Positions 48,199 through 58,021 of a stretch of 64,000 nucleotides of DNA are shown one piece after another. Each line of letters begins with the position of its first letter. Within the stretch, counting starts at the first letter, position 1. The DNA is taken from contig JAVYOA010000001.1 in the NCBI GenBank assembly GCA_038734945.1, forward strand, positions 124,001 through 188,000. Reading direction: 5' to 3'. Made by a program: the position numbers and the translations under genes. Source of the stretch: Fervidicoccaceae archaeon (GTDB lineage Archaea; Thermoproteota; Thermoprotei_A; Sulfolobales; Fervidicoccaceae). Under the pieces are notes generated by a model. That model was not told the DNA's origin, did not search any database, and saw only the letters and a program-made list of their open reading frames with translations.

Positions 48199-48359
48199 TG
48201 CAAATCACCAAATTCCAAGAGTTTTTCATGCGGATAAAAAGATTCTATAAATATTTCTCATCCCAGCCATCATTTTTTATTTCGGTGATCCCTCCCTCCA
48301 CCTTCAAAAGCCCCAGCTCTTCAGATATATCCCCCAAGAGATCTGAACCCTGATGAGGT

Positions 48360-48953
48360 ATGGATAGATGTGAAGCATGTGGGGGAACCATTGTATGGGA
48401 CTACAGGACAGGGGATATCATATGCTCATCATGCGGGCTCGTAATAGGAAGGATATATGAGCATGAAGAGGAAAGGAGCGGTGATAAAAAAGCAGAAGAA
48501 ACTTGCGGTAAAAAGCAGCAATCATATCCAAAATCATTCAGGCTATATCTCAAGATAAGCAGGAGGAAGCCAAGGGATCTTCTGATAGATGAGGAGCGCT
48601 TTAGAGCATTTCTGAAGGATGGAAAGGCCATTAGGGTTTTTGCACACCCCAAAGATGCCTATCTAAGAAAAATGCTGGAGAAAAACGAGAGTCTCAGAGA
48701 AATCTATGAAGGCTACGTGGAGAAGAATCCCAAGCTCTCGTGCCGCACAATGAGGGCAAAGGTTGCATCCGCGATGATCCTTCAGCTTTACTTCTCTGGA
48801 AGGAAAATTAGGGGAGAGGACATATCCAGGATAGCAAGAGAGACTGGAGTGAGCAAATGGCACGCAGCCAAGCTCATTGATATTCTTGGAAGGTATTATC
48901 CTCCTCTTTCATCTGGACAGAGAAGCAGGATTCATCGACGATCCTCACCCTGA
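48360..48953 (+). CDS. TFIIB-type zinc-ribbon protein
   Basis: CEACGG.IVWDYRTGDIICSSCGLVI; C-terminal IARETGVS helix-turn-helix. Confidence 0.75.
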   Translation: MDRCEACGGTIVWDYRTGDIICSSCGLVIGRIYEHEEERSGDKKAEETCGKKQQSYPKSFRLYLKISRRKPRDLLIDEERFRAFLKDGKAIRVFAHPKDAYLRKMLEKNESLREIYEGYVEKNPKLSCRTMRAKVASAMILQLYFSGRKIRGEDISRIARETGVSKWHAAKLIDILGRYYPPLSSGQRSRIHRRSSP

Positions 48954-50430
48954 CCCCAATTTTTTTGAGCACCGTATCTTTCAGAGCCTGCAGGAGAGCC
49001 TCATGTTCCCTGCATATTCTCATTTCAATTTCTTCATACATTTGGCCAAACTTCTCCAGGAACTCAGTTATATCTCTTGCTATCTTTATCTGCTCTGCCT
49101 CTCCTATAGCCTTCTGGTACACGCCCTGTCCTATTGGATAAATTCCAGAGATTTCAGCAGGAACTGCTCCAATGGCAGGGGCGTAGTAAACCAAGTATTC
49201 TTCTCCCCTGCTTCTAGCATCTGGAATTCTGAAATATATTGGAACTATTGCTAGCTTTCTGAAGAGGCCGGGAGGTTTATACTCCTCTGCAATGAACTTT
49301 CTCATCCTTGCAATTCTAGGATTCTTCCTGCTATCATCCTCAAAAATAAACGTGCTCTTTCCGCCCCCCTTAGTTGATGGTGTATACAGCTCCATCCAGG
49401 AAGAGTGATTTTCCTCAATACGCCTCAGAAGGGATAGAAGGCTGGGGTGCCCCCTTGACATAGAAATCAAGAGCTCCCATAGCCTCCCCTCCTTTATTGC
49501 TTCCTTTGTTTCGTTTATTATCCTTCTCACAACGAGGAGGTTGTGCTTTGCCAGAAGGCGCGTTCTCTCTTCCTTTTTCATTTCCCTCAGCTCAGCTGGC
49601 GTATACTTGGAGCAGATAGGACAGGAGCAGGGAAAATAGCTCAATCTCTCCAGCCTCATGGTGCCATGCTCGGTCATGTACCTTCCATCTCTGGCAAACA
49701 ATATATAGGAGGCCGAATCAAATAGATCGATTCCCATTGCGACTGCAAAAGGAATTATCATTGGATGCCCTGCCCCAAACAAATGCAGCGGCTTTTTAGC
49801 AGGTATTTGGGACCTTGCTGCTCTTATCATATCTATGAGTGCCTCATATTGGTACCTCTCCATGAATCTGGTGGGACTTCCGAGCGCATATATATCGAAA
49901 TCAAGCTCCGCCGATTCTCTGGCGCTTTTCTCAACGAGATCCAGAAACAGCCCCCCTTGGATTGGAAGAACCCAAAGTCTTTTTCCTCTATCTATCAGCT
50001 CCGCTGCTTCCTTTGCTCTTCTAAGGGTTTCATTCACCGTCCACTCTGCATACTCTCTATTCAGAGAATCTCCCGTGGGAACATCCAATATAACAGCAAT
50101 ATCAGAGTCAAGCATTTTCTCTATTTCAATAATCTCCCTATTGCTCACTTCAACTTCTCCGTACTGGAGGAGCTGATAAGCTCCTGAATCTGTCATAACC
50201 AGAATATCCCTGGAAGCCAGAAGATCGTGAATTCTTCCCCTCCAGCCCCTCTTGTAGGCTAAATAGGCATTGGTTATAACTCCTCTGAAGCCTAGATCCT
50301 TTATCTCCTCAACCGAAAGCTCCTGTCTAACAGGGTCAACTACTGGAAAAAGATAGGGGGTCTCAATGGAGCTCCCCCTCGCCTCGAGCCTTCCAATTCT
50401 CCCGGCCAGATCCCTATCAAGTATCTTCAT
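48874..50430 (-). CDS. tgtA: Archaeosine tRNA-guanine(15) transglycosylase
   Basis: TDSGAYQ, LDVPT, HLFGAGHP, DLFDSASY, CSCPIC. Confidence 0.92.
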   Translation of the reverse strand: MKILDRDLAGRIGRLEARGSSIETPYLFPVVDPVRQELSVEEIKDLGFRGVITNAYLAYKRGWRGRIHDLLASRDILVMTDSGAYQLLQYGEVEVSNREIIEIEKMLDSDIAVILDVPTGDSLNREYAEWTVNETLRRAKEAAELIDRGKRLWVLPIQGGLFLDLVEKSARESAELDFDIYALGSPTRFMERYQYEALIDMIRAARSQIPAKKPLHLFGAGHPMIIPFAVAMGIDLFDSASYILFARDGRYMTEHGTMRLERLSYFPCSCPICSKYTPAELREMKKEERTRLLAKHNLLVVRRIINETKEAIKEGRLWELLISMSRGHPSLLSLLRRIEENHSSWMELYTPSTKGGGKSTFIFEDDSRKNPRIARMRKFIAEEYKPPGLFRKLAIVPIYFRIPDARSRGEEYLVYYAPAIGAVPAEISGIYPIGQGVYQKAIGEAEQIKIARDITEFLEKFGQMYEEIEMRICREHEALLQALKDTVLKKIGVRVRIVDESCFSVQMKEEDNTFQEYQ

Positions 50431-50454
50431 TGATTCAATACCTTTCTATCCTTC

Positions 50455-50919
50455 CTATGTCTTGGCCTGGGGAGTCTCCTTTCTCTTGCTTTCCATGTAC
50501 TCCGTGAATAAACCGTAAATCTTATGAGCGAGAGGACCGCTTCCTTCGACCCCCTTTTCTGAAATTCTTATTGTGTTCAGCACCACAAGAACACCAGCTT
50601 CTGGATAGGCTTTAACGTCAGCCTCCCTTATATTCAGCCTGCTTACTACAATTCTCGCAAACTCCTCAGGGTTAAACAAAGGAGACTCTACTGCCGCCAT
50701 GACCTCTATGCTTTCAGCCAAGATAAGAATCACGGGAAATGAGGAACCTCCATCTTCGCTTGCATTCTTGAGGAGCAAGTTCAGCCTCTCGTCGAATCCA
50801 TATAGAGTACCTCTCAGAACCTTTCCGCTTTTCAACCTCACAACTACCTGCCTATCCAGGAGGGCATTGAGCTCGCTGATTATCCTCCTGCTAGCTGTTG
50901 TAACGCTCATGCTAATCAC
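50455..50919 (-). CDS. Sm-like archaeal protein with C-terminal extension (SmAP3-type)
   Basis: Sm fold (GTLYGFDERLNLLL) plus a crenarchaeal C-terminal domain (GVEGSGPLA). Confidence 0.85.
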   Translation of the reverse strand: MISMSVTTASRRIISELNALLDRQVVVRLKSGKVLRGTLYGFDERLNLLLKNASEDGGSSFPVILILAESIEVMAAVESPLFNPEEFARIVVSRLNIREADVKAYPEAGVLVVLNTIRISEKGVEGSGPLAHKIYGLFTEYMESKRKETPQAKT

Positions 50920-51011
50920 CCTAGCATATTGATTCTTAAACAGTTATATTTCCAATATGGTTACAACTTAATAAAGGTAAATAAACACAGTAGTGAATTG
51001 CTCCTAAGAGA

Positions 51012-51392
51012 GTGATGTTCATGACCAATTTCACTATTGATAGCCTCAATGTCGCCAGCATAAATCCATCCATAATCCCTCAAATCGTCGATGTTAAGGC
51101 ATCAGCGCCAGGTGGCATTGAAGTGCTCTTCGAGTACCACAAGAGCATGGGAATAAGCTATAGCGAAGGAGAAAAGCTCCTATTAAAGATATCCTCTCAG
51201 AAGATTCCCCCAACCGAGAGCTTGAGCTTCTGCGGCAAGGCTACTCTATTTAGTATAAAGCAGAAGGAGGGAGGCCTAGTCTATCTCTTCTCAATAGGCG
51301 GTCTCATCCTGAGAATCTCCTCTCCAGGACAAATAGAAGGGCTGGAGATAACAAAGGATTACTATTTCTGCATAGAGAAGACTAGCCAGTAA
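51012..51392 (+). CDS. rpo8: RNA polymerase subunit Rpo8 (RpoG)
   Basis: OB-fold size, FCGK and LFSIGGLILRI motifs; next to SmAP3/tgtA. Confidence 0.7.
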   Translation: MMFMTNFTIDSLNVASINPSIIPQIVDVKASAPGGIEVLFEYHKSMGISYSEGEKLLLKISSQKIPPTESLSFCGKATLFSIKQKEGGLVYLFSIGGLILRISSPGQIEGLEITKDYYFCIEKTSQ

Positions 51393-51412
51393 GATCGCTT
51401 TTCTCCTCTCTC

Positions 51413-52180
51413 TCACCATGAGCTGTACATAATATATATGCCAACGACTATAAGAACAGCTGCAAAGATCTTCCTCAGGATTTCCTTCGGCAGACTTACC
51501 GAGAGCCTAGATCCCCACCATCCTCCAAAAATTCCCCCCACTATAAAAAGTGCTGATATCAATGGATCTAGCTGTCCACTAATGTAGTACCTGAGCGCTG
51601 TTATTAGCCCGAACGTTCCAACCGAGAGAAGGGAGGTTCCTATGGCCTTTGATATATCAAGCCCCCCAACGAACATCAGGGTTGGGGCAATAAGAAACCC
51701 ACCTCCTATGCCGAAGTAGCCTGAAGCAAAACCAACAAGTAAGGAAAACAAAATCAACTTAGCAAGAGATCTGCTACCACTTTTCGCAACGAAATCCCCT
51801 CTTTTCAGCATATATATAGCTACAAATATCATGAGACCCCCAAAGAGAAAGAGAAGCCTTTTCCCTGGAGTCAGCAAGCCGAGCTGGTTCCCAAGAAGAA
51901 CACCCGCGGTTCCAGCTAGACTGAAAATGGCCCCAATTTTTAAATCAAAATTTCTCTTCATTGCGTGAGGAACTATATTTATTAGTGCATTGACGGCTAC
52001 GGAGAAGGCCGTCGTTCCTATGGCCATATGAGGAAAGTTGAATCCCACCACGTATATGAGGAGGGGGACAGCCAAGATAGATCCCCCTCCTCCAATGAGC
52101 CCGAGAGAGAATCCCACAATGACACCAGAAAATATTGAGAGAGCTAACTGGATAGCTGAGAGCTCGTACATATTTATCAT
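51413..52180 (-). CDS. TauE/SafE sulfite-exporter family membrane protein
   Basis: GLIGGGGSILAVP and GYFGIGGGFL internal repeats, AIGTS; start approximate. Confidence 0.88.
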   Translation of the reverse strand: MINMYELSAIQLALSIFSGVIVGFSLGLIGGGGSILAVPLLIYVVGFNFPHMAIGTTAFSVAVNALINIVPHAMKRNFDLKIGAIFSLAGTAGVLLGNQLGLLTPGKRLLFLFGGLMIFVAIYMLKRGDFVAKSGSRSLAKLILFSLLVGFASGYFGIGGGFLIAPTLMFVGGLDISKAIGTSLLSVGTFGLITALRYYISGQLDPLISALFIVGGIFGGWWGSRLSVSLPKEILRKIFAAVLIVVGIYIMYSSW

Positions 52181-52215
52181 CTTCAATGATTCATCAATCA
52201 AATCTTTTAAAAATT

Positions 52216-54042
52216 TCACTCGAAATACGTTCTGAGCCACAGCTCAGCGAAGAAGAGCCTCCAATAGAACCTGGCATAGTCCTCCTTGACTTTTCCTCTT
52301 TTTACTGATTGGACGATCTCCTGAACAGCATCTCTTCTAACAATTCCCATCTTAACTAGACGGGAGTCCTCCATGAGCTCCTCAAATTTTTCTCCAAGAG
52401 AGAACATCCACTTCTTCTCGGGAGCCTGAAATCCTATTTTCCTTCTATTCCAAACAATTTCTCTTGGGAGCATTCCTTCAACAGCCTTTCTATGTATCCA
52501 CTTCGTATAGCCATCCCTTATCTTCATCTCAGAGGGCATAGAGAGTGAGAGCTCAGCCAGAGCGTGGTTCACAAATGGAACTCTAATTTCTATGCTATAT
52601 GCCATGCTGGATCTGTCCTCAGTTCTCAGGATCTCCAGAAGCCTCCCCCCAAAAAGATCTCTTCTCAGGGCATCGTTCAGTCCTTCGAAGCTATTGCTCC
52701 TTCGTTCAATCATCCTTCTTCCCTTTTCTGTTAGTATCCTCTCGGACATCCTCATCCTCATTCCAAGCATAACCCTCAGACCAAGCGTAATCTTCTCAGC
52801 TATATATTTCCTCAGCTTCCATGCTTCAAGAAATCCTGTTAGTAGCCCCCTTTTCCTCATTACTTCCTTCAGATAAATTGGAATGTATGCATGGTATCCT
52901 GCTAGGAGCTCATCCCCACCCTGTCCGTTGAGCAGAACCTTTAGGTTCTCAGCCCTTTCCCTTATCTTTTTCATCATCATCCAATGGAGAATGCTGCTTG
53001 GACCCTCAGGAGGCTCCTCCAAATAATAGATCATTTTCCTCAAATCATCGATGCTGAGGTCGCCAGCTTTTACCTTAACAACTTCCATGTTGTCCTCCAT
53101 TCCAAGAAATCTGGCCACGCTTTTAGCATACTCTAGTTCATCTATGGCACTATCATCCACAGAGACTGTGAAAATCTTCAGCGTTTCCCTGGAGAATCCC
53201 TTCTCCTTCAAACCCTCTTCTAGGAGCTTCTTTGTTTCTGCCAGTATAGATGAGGAATCAAGCCCACCGCTCAAAGCAATAGCAAGCGGGACATCTGTTC
53301 TGAGGTGTAGCTTCACACTGCTTTCGAAAGCACTTCTCCACTTCTCAATAGCATCCGAATCTTCCCAGCTTCTCTCCTTTACTTCAGGGCTCCAATATCT
53401 TTTCAAATCCACACTCTCTCCATCGCTGCAGAAATAGTATGCTGGAGGTATGGAATAAACACCCTCGAAGAAGGTCTCCTCAGGGTTGCCCCTCAGGAAG
53501 GATAGATAGCTCACAACTCTTCTAGCATTCGGCCTCAGATTAGCAACTGCTCTGAATGCCTTAATTTCTGAGGAAAAATAAACAGCATCTCCTACCTTCA
53601 TGTAGTGCAGGGGCTTTATCCCGAATCTATCCCTTGCCCCACAGAGCTTCTTTTCCCTCGAATCATATATTAGGAAGGCATACATTCCGAGCAATCTATT
53701 GAGAGCACTCTCTATTCCCCATTCCGCTACTGCCTTCAGAACAACCTCAGTATCGCTATCGCTCTCAAATGTATGTCCAAGACTTCTAAGCTCCTCCCTC
53801 ACTTCTCTGTAGTTGTATACCTCTCCATTCAGCACGATTGCGAACCTATCGTGGAACATTGGCTGGTGACCCTTAGGAGAGGGATCTAGGATCGATAGCC
53901 TCCTATTTCCAATGGCTGCCTTGTCATCACTGAATATGCCCTCATCATCTGGGCCTCTATGTTTCATGAGCTCTAGCATCTTTCCAATTAGTCTAGAGTC
54001 CACACTACCCTTTCCTGCAACTGCTCCCGCTATTCCGCACAA
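52216..54042 (-). CDS. asnB: Asparagine synthase (glutamine-hydrolysing) family amidotransferase
   Basis: MCGIAG, HRGPD, RDRFGIKPL, LSGGLDSS, GQGGDE, RVPF. Confidence 0.9.
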   Translation of the reverse strand: MCGIAGAVAGKGSVDSRLIGKMLELMKHRGPDDEGIFSDDKAAIGNRRLSILDPSPKGHQPMFHDRFAIVLNGEVYNYREVREELRSLGHTFESDSDTEVVLKAVAEWGIESALNRLLGMYAFLIYDSREKKLCGARDRFGIKPLHYMKVGDAVYFSSEIKAFRAVANLRPNARRVVSYLSFLRGNPEETFFEGVYSIPPAYYFCSDGESVDLKRYWSPEVKERSWEDSDAIEKWRSAFESSVKLHLRTDVPLAIALSGGLDSSSILAETKKLLEEGLKEKGFSRETLKIFTVSVDDSAIDELEYAKSVARFLGMEDNMEVVKVKAGDLSIDDLRKMIYYLEEPPEGPSSILHWMMMKKIRERAENLKVLLNGQGGDELLAGYHAYIPIYLKEVMRKRGLLTGFLEAWKLRKYIAEKITLGLRVMLGMRMRMSERILTEKGRRMIERRSNSFEGLNDALRRDLFGGRLLEILRTEDRSSMAYSIEIRVPFVNHALAELSLSMPSEMKIRDGYTKWIHRKAVEGMLPREIVWNRRKIGFQAPEKKWMFSLGEKFEELMEDSRLVKMGIVRRDAVQEIVQSVKRGKVKEDYARFYWRLFFAELWLRTYFE

Positions 54043-54129
54043 GCCCTCTCAGCCTTTTCAGTGAGAACTTAATTAAAAATTCTTTTGCTTGTATTTAAAA
54101 ATTAGGTGATTCTAAAAATTTTAGAAGGC

Positions 54130-55623
54130 TCAGAGAGCCATCGAAATTCCCTCTGTCCTCGGATCGCTGGCAAGATAGAGAACGCCCCTCCTATCCATCC
54201 TAGCAGTGTGAATATGCCCATGCGTTCCAAACAGCGGGACTCTCACGAAGCTCAGACCGGCCTCTTCACTGAACGACAGGCCATTCTCCACCTCAACCTT
54301 CCATTCATTTCCAGCAGGGGAGAATATGAACCTGGGAGCCATGAGCGCTTCAGCATCCCCCATCCTATAGACATAGATGTTCTCATATGCTCTCAAGTGA
54401 AGCTGAGGCCTGTAGTCACCGCCCACACATCCTATTATTCTTCTCGCATCTCCCTCATCTATTCCCAGGATGGAAAGAGTATGCATAGGTCTCTTCCTGG
54501 GGGCAGGACTGTTGGGAAGATTCATAGCTCTCGCGAATCCAACCCCCCTGTTCTGGACGGGGAAGCCACCAATTATAAGTCCAGATCCAAACGGATTGAA
54601 CAGACTCTGTATAAATCCCACTAGGTGCTCTCCATCCGAGACAATGAAGAATGTTGTGTCTCCGCCACTCCTTCCCCCAACAAGCCCCTTCTCCGCTGCA
54701 TTCTTTATCTCTGAATATTTTAGCATTCTTTCCACACTTATGCCCATGTGATCTGGATCACCGATATATCTGTCTCTGAAAGCATATGCTGCCTTTATAG
54801 GCTCCATCCATGCAGCTATTCTCTTGGGATCCCCGAACCCAAGCTCATCAAGCCCAAGCTCATGGAGAGCAGATATAAGGTGAAGAGTTGTCACTCCAAT
54901 AGTGCTTGGAGGTAGCTCGTATAGCACCCTTCCATCTATTTCAAGAGAGAGTGGTTTCACTTCTTCAGCTTCATGTCTCCTCAGATCCTCCAGCTCAGCT
55001 CCTACTCCCTGTTCTCTGAGCTCACCCACAATTCGCTCAGCCAGCTCACCTTCATAGAAATCTTTCCATCCTCTCTGCACTATAGCTCTCAGAGTTCTCG
55101 CCATGTCTCTGTTTACTACAAGATCCCCCTCTCTTATCCCTCTGAAATACTTAGCCCATTTATACCTGCCAATCTCCTTCTCGGAGCTAGCAGATGCATT
55201 TGCAAGCATTTTGCCTGCCCTGAAGCCATTGAATGCCAAAGATATGGCAGGCTGAAGAAGATCTTCTAAGGGCATCAATCCCAACTCCTCATTTATTTTC
55301 CCCCACAGAGCAACTAGACCAGGAACAGTGGCCGTCAGAGGACCCCTTGTGGGGGACTCCTTTATGAACCTCTCTGCATCAAAACCGGAGAAGGATCTCC
55401 CATAAGAGGCAAACGCTCTTATTTCCCTATCCCTGAAGAACATGAGAAAGGCATCTCCTCCCGGTCCGCCACTCTGTGGCTGAAGCACAGAGAGAGAGGC
55501 ACTTATTGCTATCGCCGCATCGAATGCATTCCCGCCATCTTCAAGAACATCCATACCTATCTTGACTGAGAGAGGATGATCAGCAGCAACACCTACTCTT
55601 CCATATGCTACTTTCAATATCAT
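54130..55623 (-). CDS. ggt: Gamma-glutamyltransferase family protein
   Basis: GGNAFDAAIA, TVPG, GDTT nucleophile, FGSG, NRG, PMHTL, SDPR; start approximate. Confidence 0.88.
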   Translation of the reverse strand: MILKVAYGRVGVAADHPLSVKIGMDVLEDGGNAFDAAIAISASLSVLQPQSGGPGGDAFLMFFRDREIRAFASYGRSFSGFDAERFIKESPTRGPLTATVPGLVALWGKINEELGLMPLEDLLQPAISLAFNGFRAGKMLANASASSEKEIGRYKWAKYFRGIREGDLVVNRDMARTLRAIVQRGWKDFYEGELAERIVGELREQGVGAELEDLRRHEAEEVKPLSLEIDGRVLYELPPSTIGVTTLHLISALHELGLDELGFGDPKRIAAWMEPIKAAYAFRDRYIGDPDHMGISVERMLKYSEIKNAAEKGLVGGRSGGDTTFFIVSDGEHLVGFIQSLFNPFGSGLIIGGFPVQNRGVGFARAMNLPNSPAPRKRPMHTLSILGIDEGDARRIIGCVGGDYRPQLHLRAYENIYVYRMGDAEALMAPRFIFSPAGNEWKVEVENGLSFSEEAGLSFVRVPLFGTHGHIHTARMDRRGVLYLASDPRTEGISMAL

Positions 55624-55714
55624 CACCGAAAAATGCAATATCATTAACTATATATTAAAGGATGACAGTCCGGCTGAAAAGATTATAAGCTTCAAGAGGA
55701 ACAATAAGGAGAAA

Positions 55715-55792
55715 GGGCCCGTCGTCTAGCCTGGTTAGGACGCCGCCCTTACAAGGCGGAGGCCCTGGGTTCGATTCCCAGCGGGCCCACCA
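55715..55792 (+). tRNA. tRNA-Val(TAC), intronless, CCA encoded
   Basis: GGGCCCG/CGGGCCC acceptor stem, CCGCC-CTTACAA-GGCGG anticodon arm, GGTTCGATTCCC T-arm; BRE/TATA GAAAAGATTATAA upstream. Confidence 0.95.
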
Positions 55793-55853
55793 TCCTTTTT
55801 CAATCGAAAGCCACGCATTTGGAGTGGGAAGACAACTATCATTGGGAAGGGGC

Positions 55854-56237
55854 ATGAAACAAAAGCTAGTGCATATGCTGAGCAAGGAAGCAAGAAGAAG
55901 AATACTGGAGGTTCTGGCAAGAGAGAGGGGGAGTGAAGCAGCAGAGGTTCTCGGAATATCGAGGGCAGCTCTCAGCAAGTTTCTTAATGGAAAGATCCAC
56001 CCAAGCGATGAAGTTGTTGAGAGAGCGATATCTTCTGCAAATTCTCTAGAGATGAACAAGATTCTTGTGATAATAGCTGAGGACATAGCAGACTTTGCGA
56101 GAGAACTGGCAGATCTCATACGCAACCACGGAGAAGATTTTAAGAGCCCAGAACTCATCAATGAGGCCCTGCGGGAGCTGGAGAGGGCAGCAGAGGAGTT
56201 GAGGGAATCCACACACTCTTCAAGAAAGAGAGGATAA
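55854..56237 (+). CDS. XRE-family HTH protein
   Basis: AAEVLGISRAALSKFLNGKIHPSD. Confidence 0.8.
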   Translation: MKQKLVHMLSKEARRRILEVLARERGSEAAEVLGISRAALSKFLNGKIHPSDEVVERAISSANSLEMNKILVIIAEDIADFARELADLIRNHGEDFKSPELINEALRELERAAEELRESTHSSRKRG

Positions 56238-56413
56238 CATTCTCAGAATCTTGTGCTTTGAAAAACAGCCAGGTAAATAAGCCTTTGGTATTACCGAATT
56301 AAACACAAATATCTATATTTTTAAATCTAATTAATCCTTTATCTGGGGATTATTTCATATATCTGTGTGCCTTCTAAATAGAAACAAACATATCTCTTAG
56401 GTGAAAGGCCAAG

Positions 56414-56464
56414 ATGGCAGAGAAGGGAAAGAAGAAGGGAAAGAAGGAGGAGAAGAAGCAGTAA
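56414..56464 (+). CDS. Candidate 16-aa lysine-rich micropeptide MAEKGKKKGKKEEKKQ
   Basis: AGGTGA RBS 8 nt upstream of ATG, AT-rich upstream region, T8 tract downstream. Confidence 0.45.
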   Translation: MAEKGKKKGKKEEKKQ

Positions 56465-56513
56465 TCAGCAAATAGCTTTTGCCACGTTCCACAGTTAGAA
56501 TTTTTTTTGAGGC

Positions 56514-57245
56514 TTATCTCCTCTTTATAGCCCATACTATTTCTCTGACTGCATCTAGACTTTTCTCCAGGACGTTTCCTGTTACAATAGCATCTGCTCC
56601 AGCCTCAATTACGCTCCTCGCAGCCTCTCCGCTCCTAATTCCTCCTCCAACAATAAGAAAAGCCTCTCTCAGGCTTTTTCTAACCACCTTGATCATCTCA
56701 GGAGGGATGTGCTGCGGACTTCCTGAGCCAGCCTCCAAATATATGTAGCGCATTCCCAGCATCTCCGCTGCCATAGCATATGCCGCAGCTATGTATGGCT
56801 GGTCAAATGGTATCGGCCTAGCCCTTCCAATATATCCAGCAGCCCCTCCATAGCCTACAATAATATACCCTGTCGGCAGCGGCTCCAATCCATACTTTCT
56901 CACCAGAGGAGCTCCCTGAACCTGTGCACCAACAATATGATAAACACTTTCACTGTTGAGCAGGCTCATGAAAAGTATAGCATCAGCTTCCTTTATCACA
57001 TTGTTCACATCTCCAGGAAAGACGATGACAGGCAATCCAGAACTCCTCAGAGCCCTAGCAACCTCACTTGCTTCCAAGGGATCAACACCAATGCTTCCAC
57101 CTATCAGAAATGCGTCTGTGCCCAGCCTCTTAAGCTCCTCAGCAATTTTTCCTGCTTCCTCAGCTCCGGTTTTGTGCGGATCTATTAATGCAAAGTGAAG
57201 AGGCCCCTTCTCCCTTCTCTCTCTCAGATAATCACTTACCCTCAA
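56514..57245 (-). CDS. Geranylgeranylglyceryl phosphate synthase
   Basis: HFALIDP, IGGS, YLEAGSG, VGGGIRS, GADAIVTGN. Confidence 0.93.
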   Translation of the reverse strand: MRVSDYLRERREKGPLHFALIDPHKTGAEEAGKIAEELKRLGTDAFLIGGSIGVDPLEASEVARALRSSGLPVIVFPGDVNNVIKEADAILFMSLLNSESVYHIVGAQVQGAPLVRKYGLEPLPTGYIIVGYGGAAGYIGRARPIPFDQPYIAAAYAMAAEMLGMRYIYLEAGSGSPQHIPPEMIKVVRKSLREAFLIVGGGIRSGEAARSVIEAGADAIVTGNVLEKSLDAVREIVWAIKRR

Positions 57246-57564
57246 CTTCCTCTTCCCTCCTTCCGTCCAGCTCCCCTATGCAGTTACCAGCAGCTATGGT
57301 ACTCTCAACGCTCTCTGAAACAGAATCGTAGAGGTCTATCAGTTTTCCGTAGGCATCCACAGGTTGATATAGCTTGGGAACCTTGAATCGTGCACAGAAG
57401 CCACACTCTCCACAAATCGCATCAGCCACGGCAAAATCATCACTTGGCTTTGCTGTAACGCTTATTCTCAGCGACTGCCTGCTGCAGTGAGGACATACGA
57501 ATATCTTTGGTATCTTTCTGACTATCCTCTTTGGTTGCGCTCTCTTCTTCTTCCTTCTTCCCAA
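57232..57564 (-). CDS. elf1: Transcription elongation factor Elf1
   Basis: (M)GRRKKKR...FVCPHC...CGECG...PVDAYGKLID; TTG start at 57564. Confidence 0.85.
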   Translation of the reverse strand: MGRRKKKRAQPKRIVRKIPKIFVCPHCSRQSLRISVTAKPSDDFAVADAICGECGFCARFKVPKLYQPVDAYGKLIDLYDSVSESVESTIAAGNCIGELDGRREEEVEGK

Positions 57565-57586
57565 GGAAAGCATCTCCTCTCTATCG

Positions 57587-58021
57587 TTATCTTTCCTTAG
57601 AGCCATTTGAGATATTTATCAGTTTTCTCAGCTTTTCAGCCCTTCCAGTTGCAATAACATCTCTAATCATCGATATTAGCTCTATTGAATCGGACGCCTT
57701 CATAATGCTGAGATTTCCGGCTGATCGAGACAGGCAATATGAGAGGATATGGTAGCAGGCCCTCCTCTTCCCCCTAGCTATCACATTCAAAGAGAAGTCC
57801 TTGCAGCTGCAGTAGAATGGAGGAAGAACTGCGTAGTCCTCGTTTTTTCCCAAGAAAATAGCTATTGTTGGATTCTCCCATACAACAAATATCCTGCCCC
57901 TATTAGCAGCAGCCTTCGCTTTCTCTATGCTTCTCTTGCTCAGCCCATGAGCGAGCTCACTGCACTCATCTCTTGAGCCTTCTGACAACTGCCTCCTCCT
58001 CTCCACCGATAACAACTGCAT
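57587..58021 (-). CDS. SWIM zinc-finger protein (start uncertain)
   Basis: YCSCKDF...CYHI SWIM motif. Confidence 0.75.
   Translation of the reverse strand: MQLLSVERRRQLSEGSRDECSELAHGLSKRSIEKAKAAANRGRIFVVWENPTIAIFLGKNEDYAVLPPFYCSCKDFSLNVIARGKRRACYHILSYCLSRSAGNLSIMKASDSIELISMIRDVIATGRAEKLRKLINISNGSKER

Noticed and set aside
48340..48375. CTGA-acc-CTGATGA resembling a D'/C' motif
   Set aside because: No convincing upstream C box or downstream D box; overlaps the RBS and start of the zinc-ribbon gene
52216..55623. ggt-asnB-tauE as a lasso-peptide/RiPP cluster
   Set aside because: AsnB has an intact glutaminase domain (MCGI), and I saw no precursor peptide, leader peptidase or RRE gene
55655..56212. 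185-aa minus-strand ORF (and the similar 61608-61817 ORF)
   Set aside because: These are shadow ORFs overlapping tRNA genes and real CDSs
55715..56237. tRNA-Val plus HTH gene as an integrated element boundary
   Set aside because: No integrase and no duplicated tRNA 3' end seen; the flanking genes are housekeeping
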